Part shown: positions 51,128 to 64,000 of the stretch, piece by piece | How the letters are laid out: each line of letters starts with the position of its first letter | Numbering within the stretch: position 1 is the first letter of the stretch | Assembly (NCBI RefSeq): GCF_018350175.1 | Contig: NC_058369.1 | Coordinates: forward strand, 20,648,001 to 20,712,000 | DNA from: Felis catus | Taxonomy: Eukaryota | Reading direction: 5' to 3' | Length of the DNA: 64,000 nt | Position numbers and translations under genes: made by a program | Notes under the pieces: generated by a model | Told to the model about the DNA's origin: nothing | Databases searched by the model: none | Seen by the model: the letters and a program-made list of their open reading frames with translations, nothing else

Positions 51128-54100
51128 TGCGATTAGATCTTAATTGTGTGCTTATTCCATTGGCATCTGTGGCCACCATGGAGAGCAAGAGGGGCTGGTT
51201 TCTCTTGGTCACGGCTGAATCCTATTGCCTCACCCCCGGATGAGCCCGGACCACATGCTTAATCAATGTATGTTGAGTGATGAGTAAATGAGTATAAAAA
51301 CCACAGTGTTCCTATTAATAGAAGCTTAAGTTCAGGCACATGGGGCTAGTAAGATTGAAAATGCATGTGCTGGCCGTGGCAAAGATGGTTACACTGGCTC
51401 CTAAAATGTAACCAACCCCTGGCCTGCCCCAGCCTCACTGGCAGTGGCTGGTTCCAGGCAGCCTTGATGTCAACGGCAACAGCAGTGACGCTGGCCATGT
51501 GTTGGAAGCTACCTCAGCACCAAATAAGTACAGAATGTTTTTTCAATGAAACATTATATTTGGATGCAAGAACCTAGGGTATCAAACATTCATGTGGAGC
51601 CAAGATTCATTCATCAGCAGACATTTCTTCAGCACCAACTACGTGCCAGGGGTTGGCTGAGCACTAAGGATTTGGCCGTGGACAGACAGACCTGCCTTTG
51701 CCTCAGCCTGAAGTCAGGAGAAAAAGCAGGATAATGGACCTCACTTTCGCCCCTCTGACCAAAGGGAAGGGAAGACATTTCCTCCCATGGGATGTGCCAT
51801 CTCTGAGCATAGCTGCCGTCTGCAAAGAGGCACAGACTGACCCTGTCCTGTGGGGCCCTGAAAGACCCAGGCCAGCCTGGGAACCTGGAGACTGCAGTCC
51901 CTGCTGGGGGCCTGGGCCAGTTGCCCTCACTCTCTGGGGCCAATGTTCAAGCAGCTGTTAGGGCTGGGATGGGCCAATGGACCCCACAGAAGCCAGCCCA
52001 CCCTCTTCCCCTTCCACAGGATGCCACTCCACGGCCTGTACGTGGGATCTGGCCCCAAATCAGCTTCTGTCAAGGGTCACATAAGGGTCATGTACAGGTC
52101 ACGGCTCAAAGCAGCCCCTTCTTGCTGCCAGATCATGGTTCAGTGAGTCCTGCTGTGTATGTGTGTGTCTGGGTAGGGACACACAGAGGACAGAGGGGGC
52201 TCTGGAAGAACAAAGCTTTGCCTTCCCCTCAGACTCCTCAAGACAGGGCCTTATCTTCTGCTTCAGACTGGAGGCCCCAAGGGCCTAAACCAGGAAGATG
52301 GCTGAAAGTGAGGCCAGAGCCCCCATCCCTGCTTGGCCAGACTCTTGGGTCAGTGGCCTGGAATCTTCAGCCACTGTGCTGACGTGCGGAGGCTCCAGTC
52401 CTCACCCAGCTGTGCCCTGCCCAAGCAGGGAGGGCTCTGAAGGACACAGACAGCTCTTCCTCTGTCAGGACAGTGGGACCATTTATCAGGGAGATAAGCA
52501 GTAGCCAGAGGGCAGAGTTGGCGGAAGGAGCTGTCTGGAGCAGATAACCTGCGGTCACTCAGAGGGCACGGAAGGGCTCCTGTCCCCATCCTGAGGCCAC
52601 CCAGGCCCCACCCCAGACCCTGCTCAGACACCTGCCCCTAAGTCTGCTGACCTCAGACATCTGCCTGTCTTGGCCTCATGGAAAAATCTGCTGTCCTCCA
52701 GGAACAAGGAGCTCGTGCTTCAGTCAGGCATGGAGTACATTTGCTCTTCATATTCTGTACCACAGCAGGGCCCCTATGACGCTGCCTTGCCTAATTTCCA
52801 GATGGGGAAACTGAGGCACAGGGGGACGGTTTGGACTGCCCTTGTCCCGACCCTGCCCTCAGCCCTCCTGCACAGGGTGGGAGGGAAAATCCACAGGGCA
52901 CTGTGTTAGTGAGCATTTACTATGCCCCCGGTGACTTGGTGCATGACCTCTGCCCTGTCCCCAATCCCCTGAGGGAAGAAAAGGCCTTTCCCAGATGGAA
53001 GCAATGGCCAGAGAGTGAGGTCACCAGGCTAAGGCTGAACCACTGGGAGGTGGCTCAACTAAACTTTAAACTGGGGGCTTCAGAGTGGTATCCAGAGCCT
53101 CAGCTGGCCACTGAACAGTACTGTCTGCCCAGAGGGGTCTTAGGTACCTGGCAACGGCCAGAACAAACCCATTGAGCAGTCCTCGCTTCAGCAGCACATA
53201 TGCAAGCCCACTGGGCAGAGAACAGCTCTGGGATCCCACTGCCCAGCTAAAATCTGACACCCCCAAACTGTCAGAATTTTCTCAGGCTGCTCTGCTCACC
53301 CCAAGTCCCTAACCTGGCACTCAGGAGGGCTCAGTAAATTTTTCTGAAATTAATTAAGTCGAAAATGAGTGGCCACAGGAGCATAAATAATGACGTTGCC
53401 CCACGTTGTGAGCTCTTAGGGTTGGTCAGGCCCATACCAGGGGCTGTACACACTCGTCTTGATATCTCCTTGCCTGGGAAACGCCTGTCCATCACCTGCT
53501 GGACCAGAAAACATGGGGCCACCCTTGGGAGCTGAGAAGAGTCTAGACCTTGGATTGCAGAGATGGGGAGGGGGAGGAGGAAGAAGGAGAAGACTTTGCT
53601 CCTGGGCAGGGGGCTGGACTCCTCATGCCCTGTTGTGGAGACCTCTGCAGCCCTGCAGCCCTCACCAGTGGGAGCTCTATGGGCTGGTGTGTTCAGGGAG
53701 GAACTGGGGCTGGTCTGGGGATGATCCCTGGCTCTCCTCTCTCAGCCTCAGGGTCCAGGGCAGTGATTTGATCCCCTAACTGCAGAGACTTTTCTGGAAA
53801 GTATTCTAACGAAGGGCTGAGGGAGACATGCTAGGGAGCCTTGGAATTCATCTGGCAGGCATTGGGGGAGGGGGTGGCCTTTGAGAAGACTGGGGTCCTT
53901 CGGCCCATGACTACATTTTAAGGTGGGGGGTCGGGGGAGGGCTCTGGGTAGCCTTTAGCCCAGGTCATGTTGGGCAGGGAGAGAGTCTGGGCCATGCATG
54001 GTGCAGGGAAGGGTCCTCAGGTCTGGGGAGGTAGCCTGTGAACATGACAGTTGTGCATAGAGGAGGCCACAGGGGCTGTGTTGGGAAGGGGAGGATGACA

Positions 54101-57100
54101 AACAGGCACAGCAGTGCCAGCTTCATCACCCAGCCATGCAGGAGCCCCCACACCCAGAGGGGCCCTTCCTCGAGTCTGGCTGGGGGCATTGGAACTTCAG
54201 GTGTGGAAGGTTTTTTTTTTTTTACCTTCTGACACTGATTGGGTCACCTCATGTCAACCCAAGAGAAGATACAAGCCCCCAGTCCTTAAGAGAGAAGCAC
54301 CAGACTGCCCCCTGAACCAGCAGAGACTAGCCTTGGGAAGCCTTCTCCAGAAAAATTGCCATCTTTGGAAGAGCCCTGGTGGTTGTGTGTGGGGAGAGGG
54401 GCAGCAGTTGGCCAACCCCACATTGAGCTGGTCCAGCCCCTTGGGGGACAGTGCAGGCATATGACAAAAATATTGACAATAAAAAACCTGACCCAAAAAC
54501 CCTGGAGAGTATCCCTGCTGAGCTCTGGGTGTGCCCCAGACACGCCTAAACAAGGCTTCCCTGCCGCTCTCCCATTTCATTTAAATCTCAAGACCCTCTG
54601 AGGTTTGCACAGTTGCTCATCCCTCTTTCACAGACGAAGAGCCAAGACCTGGAGGGGTTGAAGTCCGGGCTCAGAGTTGCAGAACATCACTAATCCTAAA
54701 GGCTCATGTGCACACACTCAGAGGGGCCACGGCACTTTTCCAGGGCACGTCCCGTGGCACACGAGCACACTCCGTGCAAGGGCATCCCCGATGGCAGAAC
54801 CCTGAATGGGGTGGGGGTGGGTGGGTGGGTGAGAGTAATCACTGGGTAACCTGAAATGTCCGTCAGTCAGGTTCACGCACAGGACAGGACCTCAATGAGG
54901 TGGACGTGGAATCTGGTGCGGAAAGCAGTCCAAGCCCATAGCTGGTAGTTGCAGTCAGCACAGATGGAACCCATTTATGTGTGTATGTGTTATAGATACA
55001 ACACCCAGGCTGCCACCGAGGGCTGCTGGGACACCTTCCTACACGTGTGCTGGAGGGCACCCAGCCCAAGCCCAAGGGCATTACCTCCTGGCACCTCAGC
55101 ATGCCTGCCCACACAAGGACCACTCACAGGGGACGCGTCCGCTCGCTCTCTCTCTCTTTGGGCCCAGGTCCAGGGTGCCGAGTCCTGGCTGGGGCTGGAA
55201 GACTGGCTCAGACGGTGGGGGCTGTGGCTTTGCCCCTCTTCAGCAGCTCCCTGCCCCCCTCTTCCTCTCCTTCTCTGCTTCTCTCTTGCTGGCTCCCACT
55301 GCCCTCTCATCCTTGAGAGGTTCTGAGCTCTCTTCGGTGGCAACTGCCACACAAGTGACACGTCATGCTGCCTCAGTCACACACAGTCCTGCCTCCCGGG
55401 CCGGAGTCCCACACTGCCTCCGGGTGTCCGTCTCGGGTCAGGCTGGCCCGTGCTGGCTGTAGCCTCACTCACGCTGCACCTCCAGCCTGGCTGACCGTGA
55501 TGTCCCCATCTACCTGTGGCAGCCCTGGGAGGCCCAGTGGAGTTAGTTGTCAGAGCATAGAGGCTTCCGGGGTGGTGGCAGTTCCCAGGGCGGGCATGGA
55601 GGATGGAGAGGGCGTGAAGGTGGAGGTGTGAAATGGAGGAGGCGGTGGAGCAGGGGCAGAGCTGTGCCCTTGCAGATGGGCCCTCCTGGAACAGGTCGTG
55701 GCCCCCTGTGCTTCTCCATCTCTGCCCCTAGCCCAACGCCTGCCTGGCTGTTCCCTGCGGCCCCAGAACACAGAGGTAGCTCTCTTAAGCTACACAGATT
55801 CTGGTGCAGACTTTCTGTGGTCTTGGGCCAGTGAGGGCACCACACCAGGCTCAGTTTCCCCATCTGTTAAATGGGGCAAGGTGATGATGGACTAAGAAGG
55901 CACAGACCCTGGAGATGCCCACCAGGACCCGGGGAGACAACTCCCAACAATCACAGGCTTATCCAGAGCCAGACGCTTCCCATCGCTGTCTCCACCTCCT
56001 TCATTTAAGTCCTATCGCTCCCCTCAGCTGACATGGAAACCGACACGCCCAAGGCCACCCAGCCACAGCATGCTGGTGCCAGGGTTTGAACCACTTACCT
56101 CTCTCAGGCCGCCCGTAGTGTGAGCGGAGCAAGAGGCTGCCAGACACTGGCCCAGGATTGGGGCTGTCTGAGCCCTGTGCTGGCCCTACGTCCACCTGCA
56201 TGGCCGTCCCCCCCATCCTGCTCAGAGCTATTCCGTGCAGGTTATTTCTATTTCGACAAGGTGCCGGGAAATCATCAACCTCCCACGGAGCCTGCTGAGA
56301 ACTGGCTATGAATCCAGCCACTCCCTGTCCATCCTAGCAGCAGCCCCCGAGGCCTGAGGCCCAGTCCCCCAGGTGCATCCTCTCTGTGCCTTTCCCAGGT
56401 GTGTTGTCCTCCTGCTCCCTTCCTGTGACAGAAGCTTGTCACCTCCTTCCAAGCCCTCCTCCTAGAAGCTCTTCCGGAGAGCATCTTTCCCATGCCCAAA
56501 ACTCCCCTACCAGGTGTACAGGGGCCTCTCCGGTGCCTGGTGCCAAGCCTGGTGGGGCTCCAGACTGTGACTGGCCAAGAGACCAGAGAGGATGCCCCGC
56601 CGGGAGAAGAACAGAGGGACAGAGGTAGGTGGCTGCTGTGCACCTTCCCTGAGCCTAACTCAGAACACTTACCCGGCAGGGCTTTGGGAAGAGAAGACGA
56701 GGTGGGCCCTTGGCTTGGGGTCTCCGGCTCCTGCAGGTGGCCCAGGAGGAGGTCCCCAGTGTTGGCTGTTTCTCCCTTTGCTGAGGGGCATGGCGGGTTG
56801 TCCCTTCCTGCTCCATGACCTCTCTGGGGGCATGGCCAGCTCCCATGTGCAGGCCAGAGAGTTGACTGTCCTCCTGGGCTGAATGTGGGGGGTGAAGCAA
56901 GGACTGCAATGGTGGCCCAGGGGCAGCCGGGGTCGGGACAAGGCCCCATCCCTGGCCTCCTGGGGTCTCCTTGCCTCCTCCTGAGCTGTGATTGTGCCTG
57001 TCTGTCCCTGGCCAGGCTGAGCTATGCTAATGAGCAATGAGGATGAGGGTCTTCTGACAGCAGGGACTGGGGGCTCAGGGGGATCGTCTGCTAAGACTAG

Positions 57101-57364
57101 ACCCAGGACCTCAGCTCCCGCCCGCACTGCCTCCCTCCCTGGCAGTGTGAGAGGTTGCCTGGGACCAGCCCCACTCTGGACTCTCAACAAGCTAGTCCAG
57201 CACCGGCCCTTGCCTCCTCCCTGTTCCTGTAGACTGGACAGGCCCCATGCCCCTGCCCCCACCCTATTCCTGCCCTCAGCCTGTGGCTGCAACAGACTGC
57301 CCCCTCCAGCCCTCACTTCCTCACATCCCGACTCCCATCATTCTCTGAGAATAGGGTGTGTCTC

Positions 57365-57690
57365 AGCCTCATTGAGCCTCAGTTTCTTCATCTGTAAGAC
57401 GAGGAGAATGATGCCCATCTCATGGGATTTTTGTGACGATGAAGTGAGATCAAGCGTACATAATGCGTGGTGCAGGGCCCGTGTGAGGCAAAGCCACACT
57501 CAATGGGAGTGTTCTTGTGATCACGCCAGGCCCTGCGCGGCCCGTGGAAAACTCAGAGGTATTGGTCTGACATTCCCCATTTTCCCAATGAGGAATCTGG
57601 GGCTTTGCCAGGTTAGCAACATGCCTGAGGTCACCCAGCTGCAGGTGGCAGAGCTGGGGCTCAAATCCAGGCTGTCCTGCACCTGCAGCC
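57365..57690. mobile_element. Pair of oppositely oriented MIR fragments
   Basis: 'gagcctcagtttcttcatctgtaag' followed by 'ccccattttcccaatgaggaatctgggg...gaggtcacccagct...gagctggggctcaaatccagg'. Confidence 0.55.
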
Positions 57691-60600
57691 ACAACTCCAT
57701 TCCCATGACCTGCTCAGCCCACACATGGAGTGCATCTGTGGTCCTCAGCAGAGGGCAGCCTAGTTTGCACAGGGTTTCCGGTGCCTCATCCCAAAGCGTC
57801 TGAACCCACAGGACACGAAGCACATCGCATGGCTCTGTGCAGCCCTCCAGAGTGGGCTCTGAACCCAGCTGGGTATGCCGGGCTCTGCAGGAGCCCCCTT
57901 GGCCCCCAGCACCCCTCTCCCAGGGGAGGCAGGGGTGGGAGGCTGCAGCTGTACGCTCTCCCCTTCTCCCCACACGGGGATCCCTGAGGTCGGGGCGATG
58001 CTGCAGCAGCACGTGCCGTGCCAGGAAGTGCGCCAGACCTGGCCTGGAGCCGGGGAGGTGCCGGGCAAGTGGACGCTGCAGCTCCACTTTGGAATTCCAG
58101 GCACATCCAGAGGCTGTGGGGTTGAAGCCAAGCTGCACGGCCGAAAGAGGCCAGAGCGGACACCCCCCGGCACCTGCTGCGGCACCGGCAGTAGGGTGGG
58201 TGCTGTGGGTGCCTAAGGGACCCCCGCCTGGCCTTTACCCCTGTTCTCATGCCTCCCAGGGCTCCCTGCCCCCTGCCTGCAGGATCACAGCTCCACAGCT
58301 CAGTTCTGTGGCTCAGTGCCTCAGCCTTCAGGTAAGCCTCCCTTCGGTTGCCCAAAAGATGGGGAAGATAATCCCTCCCCATGACAGCGCAGTGGGGTGA
58401 TAGGTGCCTGGAGCAGAGCCTGGCACACAGGAAGGTGAATCCATTAGTTTCCTCTTCCGTGACTCAGTTGGCCTGTGAGGTCTGGGAGCGGGCTTGAACT
58501 ATCTGGTATAGCCCATGGTGCTGGTGGATCAATCACCTAATCACTGGGTTGTACTCCTCGTCCAGCAGCTGGTATTTCTGTCTCGTGGACCCACACAGAG
58601 CACCCAGGCCAGAAGCTCCACTCCTCTTGTGGGGAAAACAGAGTTTGTAGGTAGCATGGCCTGGAGACAAGGGAGGGACAGATGACCTCCTGAGGACCTG
58701 TCCTGCCCTAACCTTCTCAGGGCCTAGACAGGTAGGCCAAGCAGTGGGCTAATGCCATGTTGAGGCTGGGGAATGGCCCAAGAGGGGGAACATGAGGGCA
58801 CATCCCTGTGACCATTAAATGGGTCCCTGTGGGATGTGCTGTCAAAGTGCCCACCAGCCCCTCCTAAAAAAGGCCATCAGTCTCGCACCTTCCCAGAGAC
58901 TCTCATAATTAATCAGGGAGTAGCAAAACAGCTCTGTGGAGAGCAGAGTCCACTCCCACCACAGCCCTAATCAAGACCCGCAGGCAGGGTACAGTCCCCC
59001 AGTGACCTCCACGGGACAGAGGAGCAATAGGGGATAGGACTCGGGGTGAAGTCTGAACAGGCTTCCTAGAGGAGGGGAGCTCTGAAAGTCTCGTGACCGG
59101 GGAGAGAGAAGGCTTGAGTCCTAGAGAGAGAGAGGGAGGACAGAGAAGGGCTGTGGATGTGGGACACAGGTCCAAGCAGTGGTAGTATGTGGGCAGGACA
59201 AGAGCACCACTTCCTGTGGGAGGGAACAGTCCACTCGGGGGACTCTGGACACCAGCTTCTGGGACTGATGTGAGCCAATGGTGGGTGGCTTCAAGGGTCA
59301 CAGACCCCGGTCCTGGTTCTAGACATGGTGCCCTGACACCCTCCACCATACCGGGGGCTACTTCTGGAAGGACAGTTTTCTTCCCACAGCTTGCAGAACT
59401 GCCTTGTCTGGCCCACCTCCAGCCCCAGAGAGGGCCTGGTCTGCTGAGTCCCCCAAAGGCTTCTAGACCCACAGGGCCCCCAGCTGGAGGGCACTGGAAG
59501 GACAATCCTGGGAATAAAGGGGGGATCCTGCTTCATTGGTAGAGGGCATCTGGAACCCATCAGAAGACACAGAAGTCGGGTCCCTGAAGGAGTCTGTGAT
59601 CTATTAGCCATGTCCGCCAAAGGTGGACCATGGACCAGATGAGGTTGGATGGCTGTGTGTTTGCAGCCCTTCACGTGCAGATGGAGAAACTGAGGTCCAA
59701 AGAGTAACTCTCCTAAGACCACAGAGCAAATTAGAAGCTAACTGCTTCTACTTTCCTTCAAGTGGTGATTTTCTTAGGGCAGATTCCCAGGAACAGAACT
59801 ACTGGGTTAAAGGTAATGTGTATTTTTAGGTAGGCCTCTTAACTCAAGTTGCCAAGTGGCCTCCGAAAGTATCTCCGGTCCCATGCCTCTGGTGGGCTGT
59901 GAGGCAGTTACGAGGGGGAGAGACCACCTCATCCCCACACTGGAGGCTCATTTATACCTGTGGCCTGGGATAAAGCCCCTGGGCTCCCTGCCCTGGTGGC
60001 AGGACTCGCCTGCACGGACATCAAGGCCCATAGCCTCACCCAGCCCCTTCCTTCCGTGGGGCGTAGCAGTGTTCAAGCCAGCTGTGCCCTCCTGGAGTCT
60101 CGCGGGGACCCTGCAGATAGATGAGCTTTCCCAGCACTGGTGGGCAGGGTGGTGGGCACAGTGAAGGCATTTAACTTGGTCAGGGGCCAGGGCAACTTCC
60201 TGAAAGAGGCCATGCCAGCTCAAGCAGGAGGCAGCTGGCTGGAGATAGAAGGGAGATTCACGGCAGCTAGGCCTTGGGTTTATTTTGTCCCCAAGCCTCT
60301 CTGGGGCTGGGCCTGACCCCAGGACGAAGGCCCCCCCACCTGAGTTCCATCTCTCTTGCCCAGACAAGGGCTGGGGCTTGGGTGGCCCCTCCTCCACACC
60401 CCAGGGGACTGAACTTCCCCGGACCTCAGCTTCCACTCATATAGTAAAACGGGAACCTGGTGGAGGAGTTTGGAGAACTCATGTGAAGCCTCCAGCTCTG
60501 AGCAAGAGTCTCTGCAGGCCCCAGACACCCAGGGAGCAGAAGGCTCCTGGGAGCAGGTGGCAGAGCCCACACACCACTGGCTGAGGCCCCAGGACGACCC

Positions 60601-63600
60601 CCAACCAGAGTTCAGACTCAGACCACAGCATGCAGAGTCCTGCTGTCAGACGAGAGATCTCTGAGACTAGCTTCTCTGAGCGCTCCACCCCTTCCCCTGT
60701 CTCTGCCCTCTGAGGCCCCGGGCATAGGGTGGAGTGGCCCAGCACCCTGCCCGCCCACTCACCTGCAGGGTCACCACACTGTGTCCCCCACTTTCAAGGC
60801 AGCATTTCCACCCCCCCAGTCCTCCAGAGTGTGACTGCCTGGACAGCAACTGAAGGTGTGTCCGAGGGGAATGCACCCCGGCCCAGGGCCAGTGGGCACC
60901 GAAGGGTGTCCTGGAGCTCCTACAGCCCGCCCCCAGCAGCCACACCCAATGACAGCTGCACCTGTCCTCCCTGGGCCTGGTGGCTCAGACAAGTTACTCC
61001 CACACCTGAGGAGCCCGGTATCTTTATTATCTCCATTTCAGTGAGGTTCGGAGACTGGAAGGTTCACACAGCTGACCCCCTCTGAAGGCGGGACTACAAG
61101 CCCGTCTGAATGCAAAGCCAGATGCAGCCGTGCCACACGGCCCACCCCACTGGGACACGCAGGCCCTGTATGACACCTTCCTGGCTTGGCTGTTTCCAGA
61201 GCCTTTGTTGATCAGAGCCCTCTGATCCTGACCACAGCCCCTGAGAAGCAGGGGGACTCCCTCAGGACTGGCAGCTGAGGCCCAGAGAGGGCAGGGCTGG
61301 CCCTGGGTCACATAGCTTGGAGCCGCTCACTGAGCCCAGGGTGCAGTGGGCTGTACCCCTACACAGAGAGAGGCTCCCACAAGTCCTGGGCTGAGGGAAG
61401 GTGTGTCCTCCTCAGAGGAACATTTCATGAGAGAATGGAGGCTGAGGACAGAGTCGGGTTCTACCCTGGAATCCTTGAGGCAGATGGGGCAACCATCTGG
61501 GGTCCCATTGGCTAATAGATGCTGGTGGGTTTGGCCTAGCAGGTGTTACATAAGAACTCAGAGGGTCTGAACTGGGAACAGATCCTTGATGAGTCCAGCC
61601 GGGGTGCAGTGGGCAGAGTGAGGTCCAGAGAGGGCAGGGACATAGCTGCAGGCCCATGGACCTTCAGAGGCAGAGCTAGAGCCAGAATCCAGAGCCATAG
61701 CCTCCTGGCCCTGCTGAGGAACACCCAGGCCAACTGTCTCTCCCTCAGACCTCAGCAGCCCCCTCTGCTTAGTACAGGCCCGGCTCAGGCAGGTGCTGAC
61801 CACTGTTGGGACCCAAGACTGGGGTAGAGGCTGGAGACTGGGGGCTGTGTCGGAACCGTGGTCCTGAAAATTACCTGAAGCCCCATCCCCGTGACACCCA
61901 CCTCACCCTGATGGCAGCTACAACAGATTGTTCTGGGATCCTACTGGGGACAGCCCTCAGCGTCAGAGGGCCAGGTCCCCACTTCTGTCCCCGGGTACCT
62001 CGAGGCAGCCTCAACCTCTCTGTTCCCTTAAGGTGAACAGTTCAGGGGCTCCCTTGGAATTGAAGGAGCCAAGCTGCGCTCAGAACCCAAGTCTTGGCCT
62101 TTTGCAGCTGGAGTTACAGCGGGGGTTCAGTTCTCAACCCCCTCCCAGGTCCCGGGCTTGAGTAGGTGGGGAGAGGCCTGAGGCACCAGGGATTCTGAGA
62201 AGGGTAGCTGCGACAGAAGGGGCCCTTGGCCAGGTTTGGGTGGGAGAGCACCCACCTCTACTCCCAGGCTGCCTGACGTGACCCAGGCTGAACCCAGCAC
62301 CCTGTAACCAGGGCAGCAGCCCCACCCCCACCACATGCTCCTGGGAGCCCAGAAGAAGGGGTGCCAGGGCAGGCAGGCTCCAGGGAGGGCCGGGCCGGGC
62401 ATTTCCTGCCGACGGGTGCCAGGCTCCAGTCCCCTGAAGGGGTGATTCTTTAGCCTTAGTCAGAGGAAGTGAGGCAGGGCAAATGGGCAATGTGTGTGCA
62501 GTGCCGCGGGGCCTGGCAGGGCTGGGTTGGGAGGACGGCAGCTGTAGGAGCCAGGGAGTGTCCCTGGCCCTGCATATCCCCTACAGCCATACACATCATG
62601 GTCTGCCCTCAACAGCCAGCCTACTGCCCAGCACCCAGGCAGGTTGCCCGAGACCAGGGCCAAGCCCCTGACTCCAGCTCCCTCTTACCCAGCTGCTGAG
62701 TCTCTGCTCTGTTGCTGTGTGGCTTAGACCGGTCACGTCCACCCTCTGAGCCTTGGCGTTCTCATCTGTGAAGTGGGAAAATTGTGGAACCCATATGCTC
62801 CTGGCTTTCCCCTGCCCCAACATCAGGGGCCCACCCTCCCAGTTTGGCCCACTCTCAGGATCCTGGGGAAAGAGGCCACCAGGGTAGTCTCTGCCCTCCT
62901 TGAGCAGAGGGGCAGAATGCAGGCTCAGAATGCAGGGCCCTCTCAAGAACTGTCCGCTTGAACAGCTTATGTGGTGCAGGCGTGCCCAGTGGTGATACCC
63001 CAGCTCTCCGTCTTGGCCAAGCTGTCTGCATCCCCACCATTGGCTGGGCCCAGACGACTGAGCCTCCTTGCCCTTCACAGGGTGGTGATTTATCAACACT
63101 CTGGCTGCCTGCAGGCTTGGGCTGTGGGCACCTGTCACAGGGCTGCTCCCCAACCACAGCCCCTGCTTCTGAGTGTACCTTGGACCCCTGATGTCTGGAT
63201 TCTCGGGATTTTTTCCATGACTCAGCTCTGACTACAGTGGATAGGAGAGGCAGTTTCTATCTTGATCCCTGGTCTGGGACCTCTTCCCCAAAGTCCCACC
63301 CACCCCTCTCCCACTGGAGAAGCCCAGCAAACCCTGGCCAAATAGAGAAATGAGGAAGCATGGGGGGCTCAGGGCTCCAACAAAGCCCCTAACAAAGAGA
63401 GACAGAGGGTGAGGTTGTGTGCCTTGGGAGAGAGCCCTAGTTCTCTTGGCCTCTGCACAGCCAGGTGCCCATGGGGGGCTGGGACTAGCCCAAGGACAAG
63501 CAAAGGTGGCCTTGAGCTAGCTCACACCATGGAAGGTCACTGGGAGCAGAGGCTAGGCAGAGGCCTGGTGAAGACTGAACTAGAGAGACCTTCTCTGCTC

Positions 63601-64000
63601 TTCCCACCACTTGGGCCAGGGGTGCCTCCATGCCTCTGCTCTCACTGGGGCCAGCACTGGCCAGGGCAGGAGCACAGGCGGGAAGTCTTACCCCTCAGGG
63701 TTGCAGACACCCAGCCCCCTGCTCGCAGATAGGGCAACCAAGGCTATGAGGGAAAGAACCAGGGGTGCTACCTGGTGCCCTCAGAGTGGCTGGCTCTGCC
63801 CCAGCTCTGACTGAGCCGAAAGGGAAAGGTAAGGAAGGCAGGGAGGGTCTCTGGGACAGATGTGACTGGGCAAGATGGGGCGAGGGTGTCGGGCTCTGGC
63901 CAGGCAGGGTAGTCGGCCTCCCTGCCGGGGCCTAGGCTGGGTGGGGGCAGCAGGGCTCAGGCTGGCGGGCTGTTGATCCAGCCCAACAATGATGAAATGG

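Noticed and set aside
56275..58400. Several 190-260 aa ORFs
   Set aside because: They overlap on both strands and run through MIR fragments (e.g. LSLSFFICK); expected by chance in GC-rich DNA.
27700..64000. DUSP7 or another protein-coding gene in the right half
   Set aside because: No phosphatase HCxxGxSRS or rhodanese-like coding exon and no other recognisable protein was seen; by recalled synteny DUSP7 should lie beyond the window.

Overview
Mammalian GC-rich genomic DNA. The tRNA-derived Can-SINEs are of the feliform (SINEC_Fc-like) type, pointing to a cat-family carnivore, and the gene order matches my recollection of human 3p21.2. Bases 1-5.2 kb most likely hold intron 1 and the non-coding first exon of PCBP4 (- strand); this is assigned by synteny only, as no PCBP4 coding sequence is in the window. 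Four complete, intact, intron-containing genes follow: ABHD14B (-, 210 aa), ABHD14A (+, 276 aa, head-to-head with its paralog ABHD14B), ACY1 (+, 408 aa, 14 coding exons) and RPL29 (-, 161 aa, with a TCT/5'TOP promoter). I read all coding splice junctions by hand; they are GT-AG and in frame. From about 27.7 kb to 64 kb there is no supportable protein-coding gene, only interspersed repeats (Can-SINE, MIR, L2, a MaLR LTR, a hAT fossil) and several candidate enhancer motif clusters. Long ORFs outside these genes appear to be GC or repeat artefacts. I do not see a convincing novel biological system. The best leads are an in-frame ABHD14A-ACY1 read-through fusion, candidate tissue-specific regulatory modules (CRX/OTX, homeodomain+NR4A, HNF1/HNF4, RFX), two ACY1 substitutions beside active-site residues, and three SINEs stacked in one target site. 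Comparisons with human proteins and repeat consensus sequences are from memory, not database searches.
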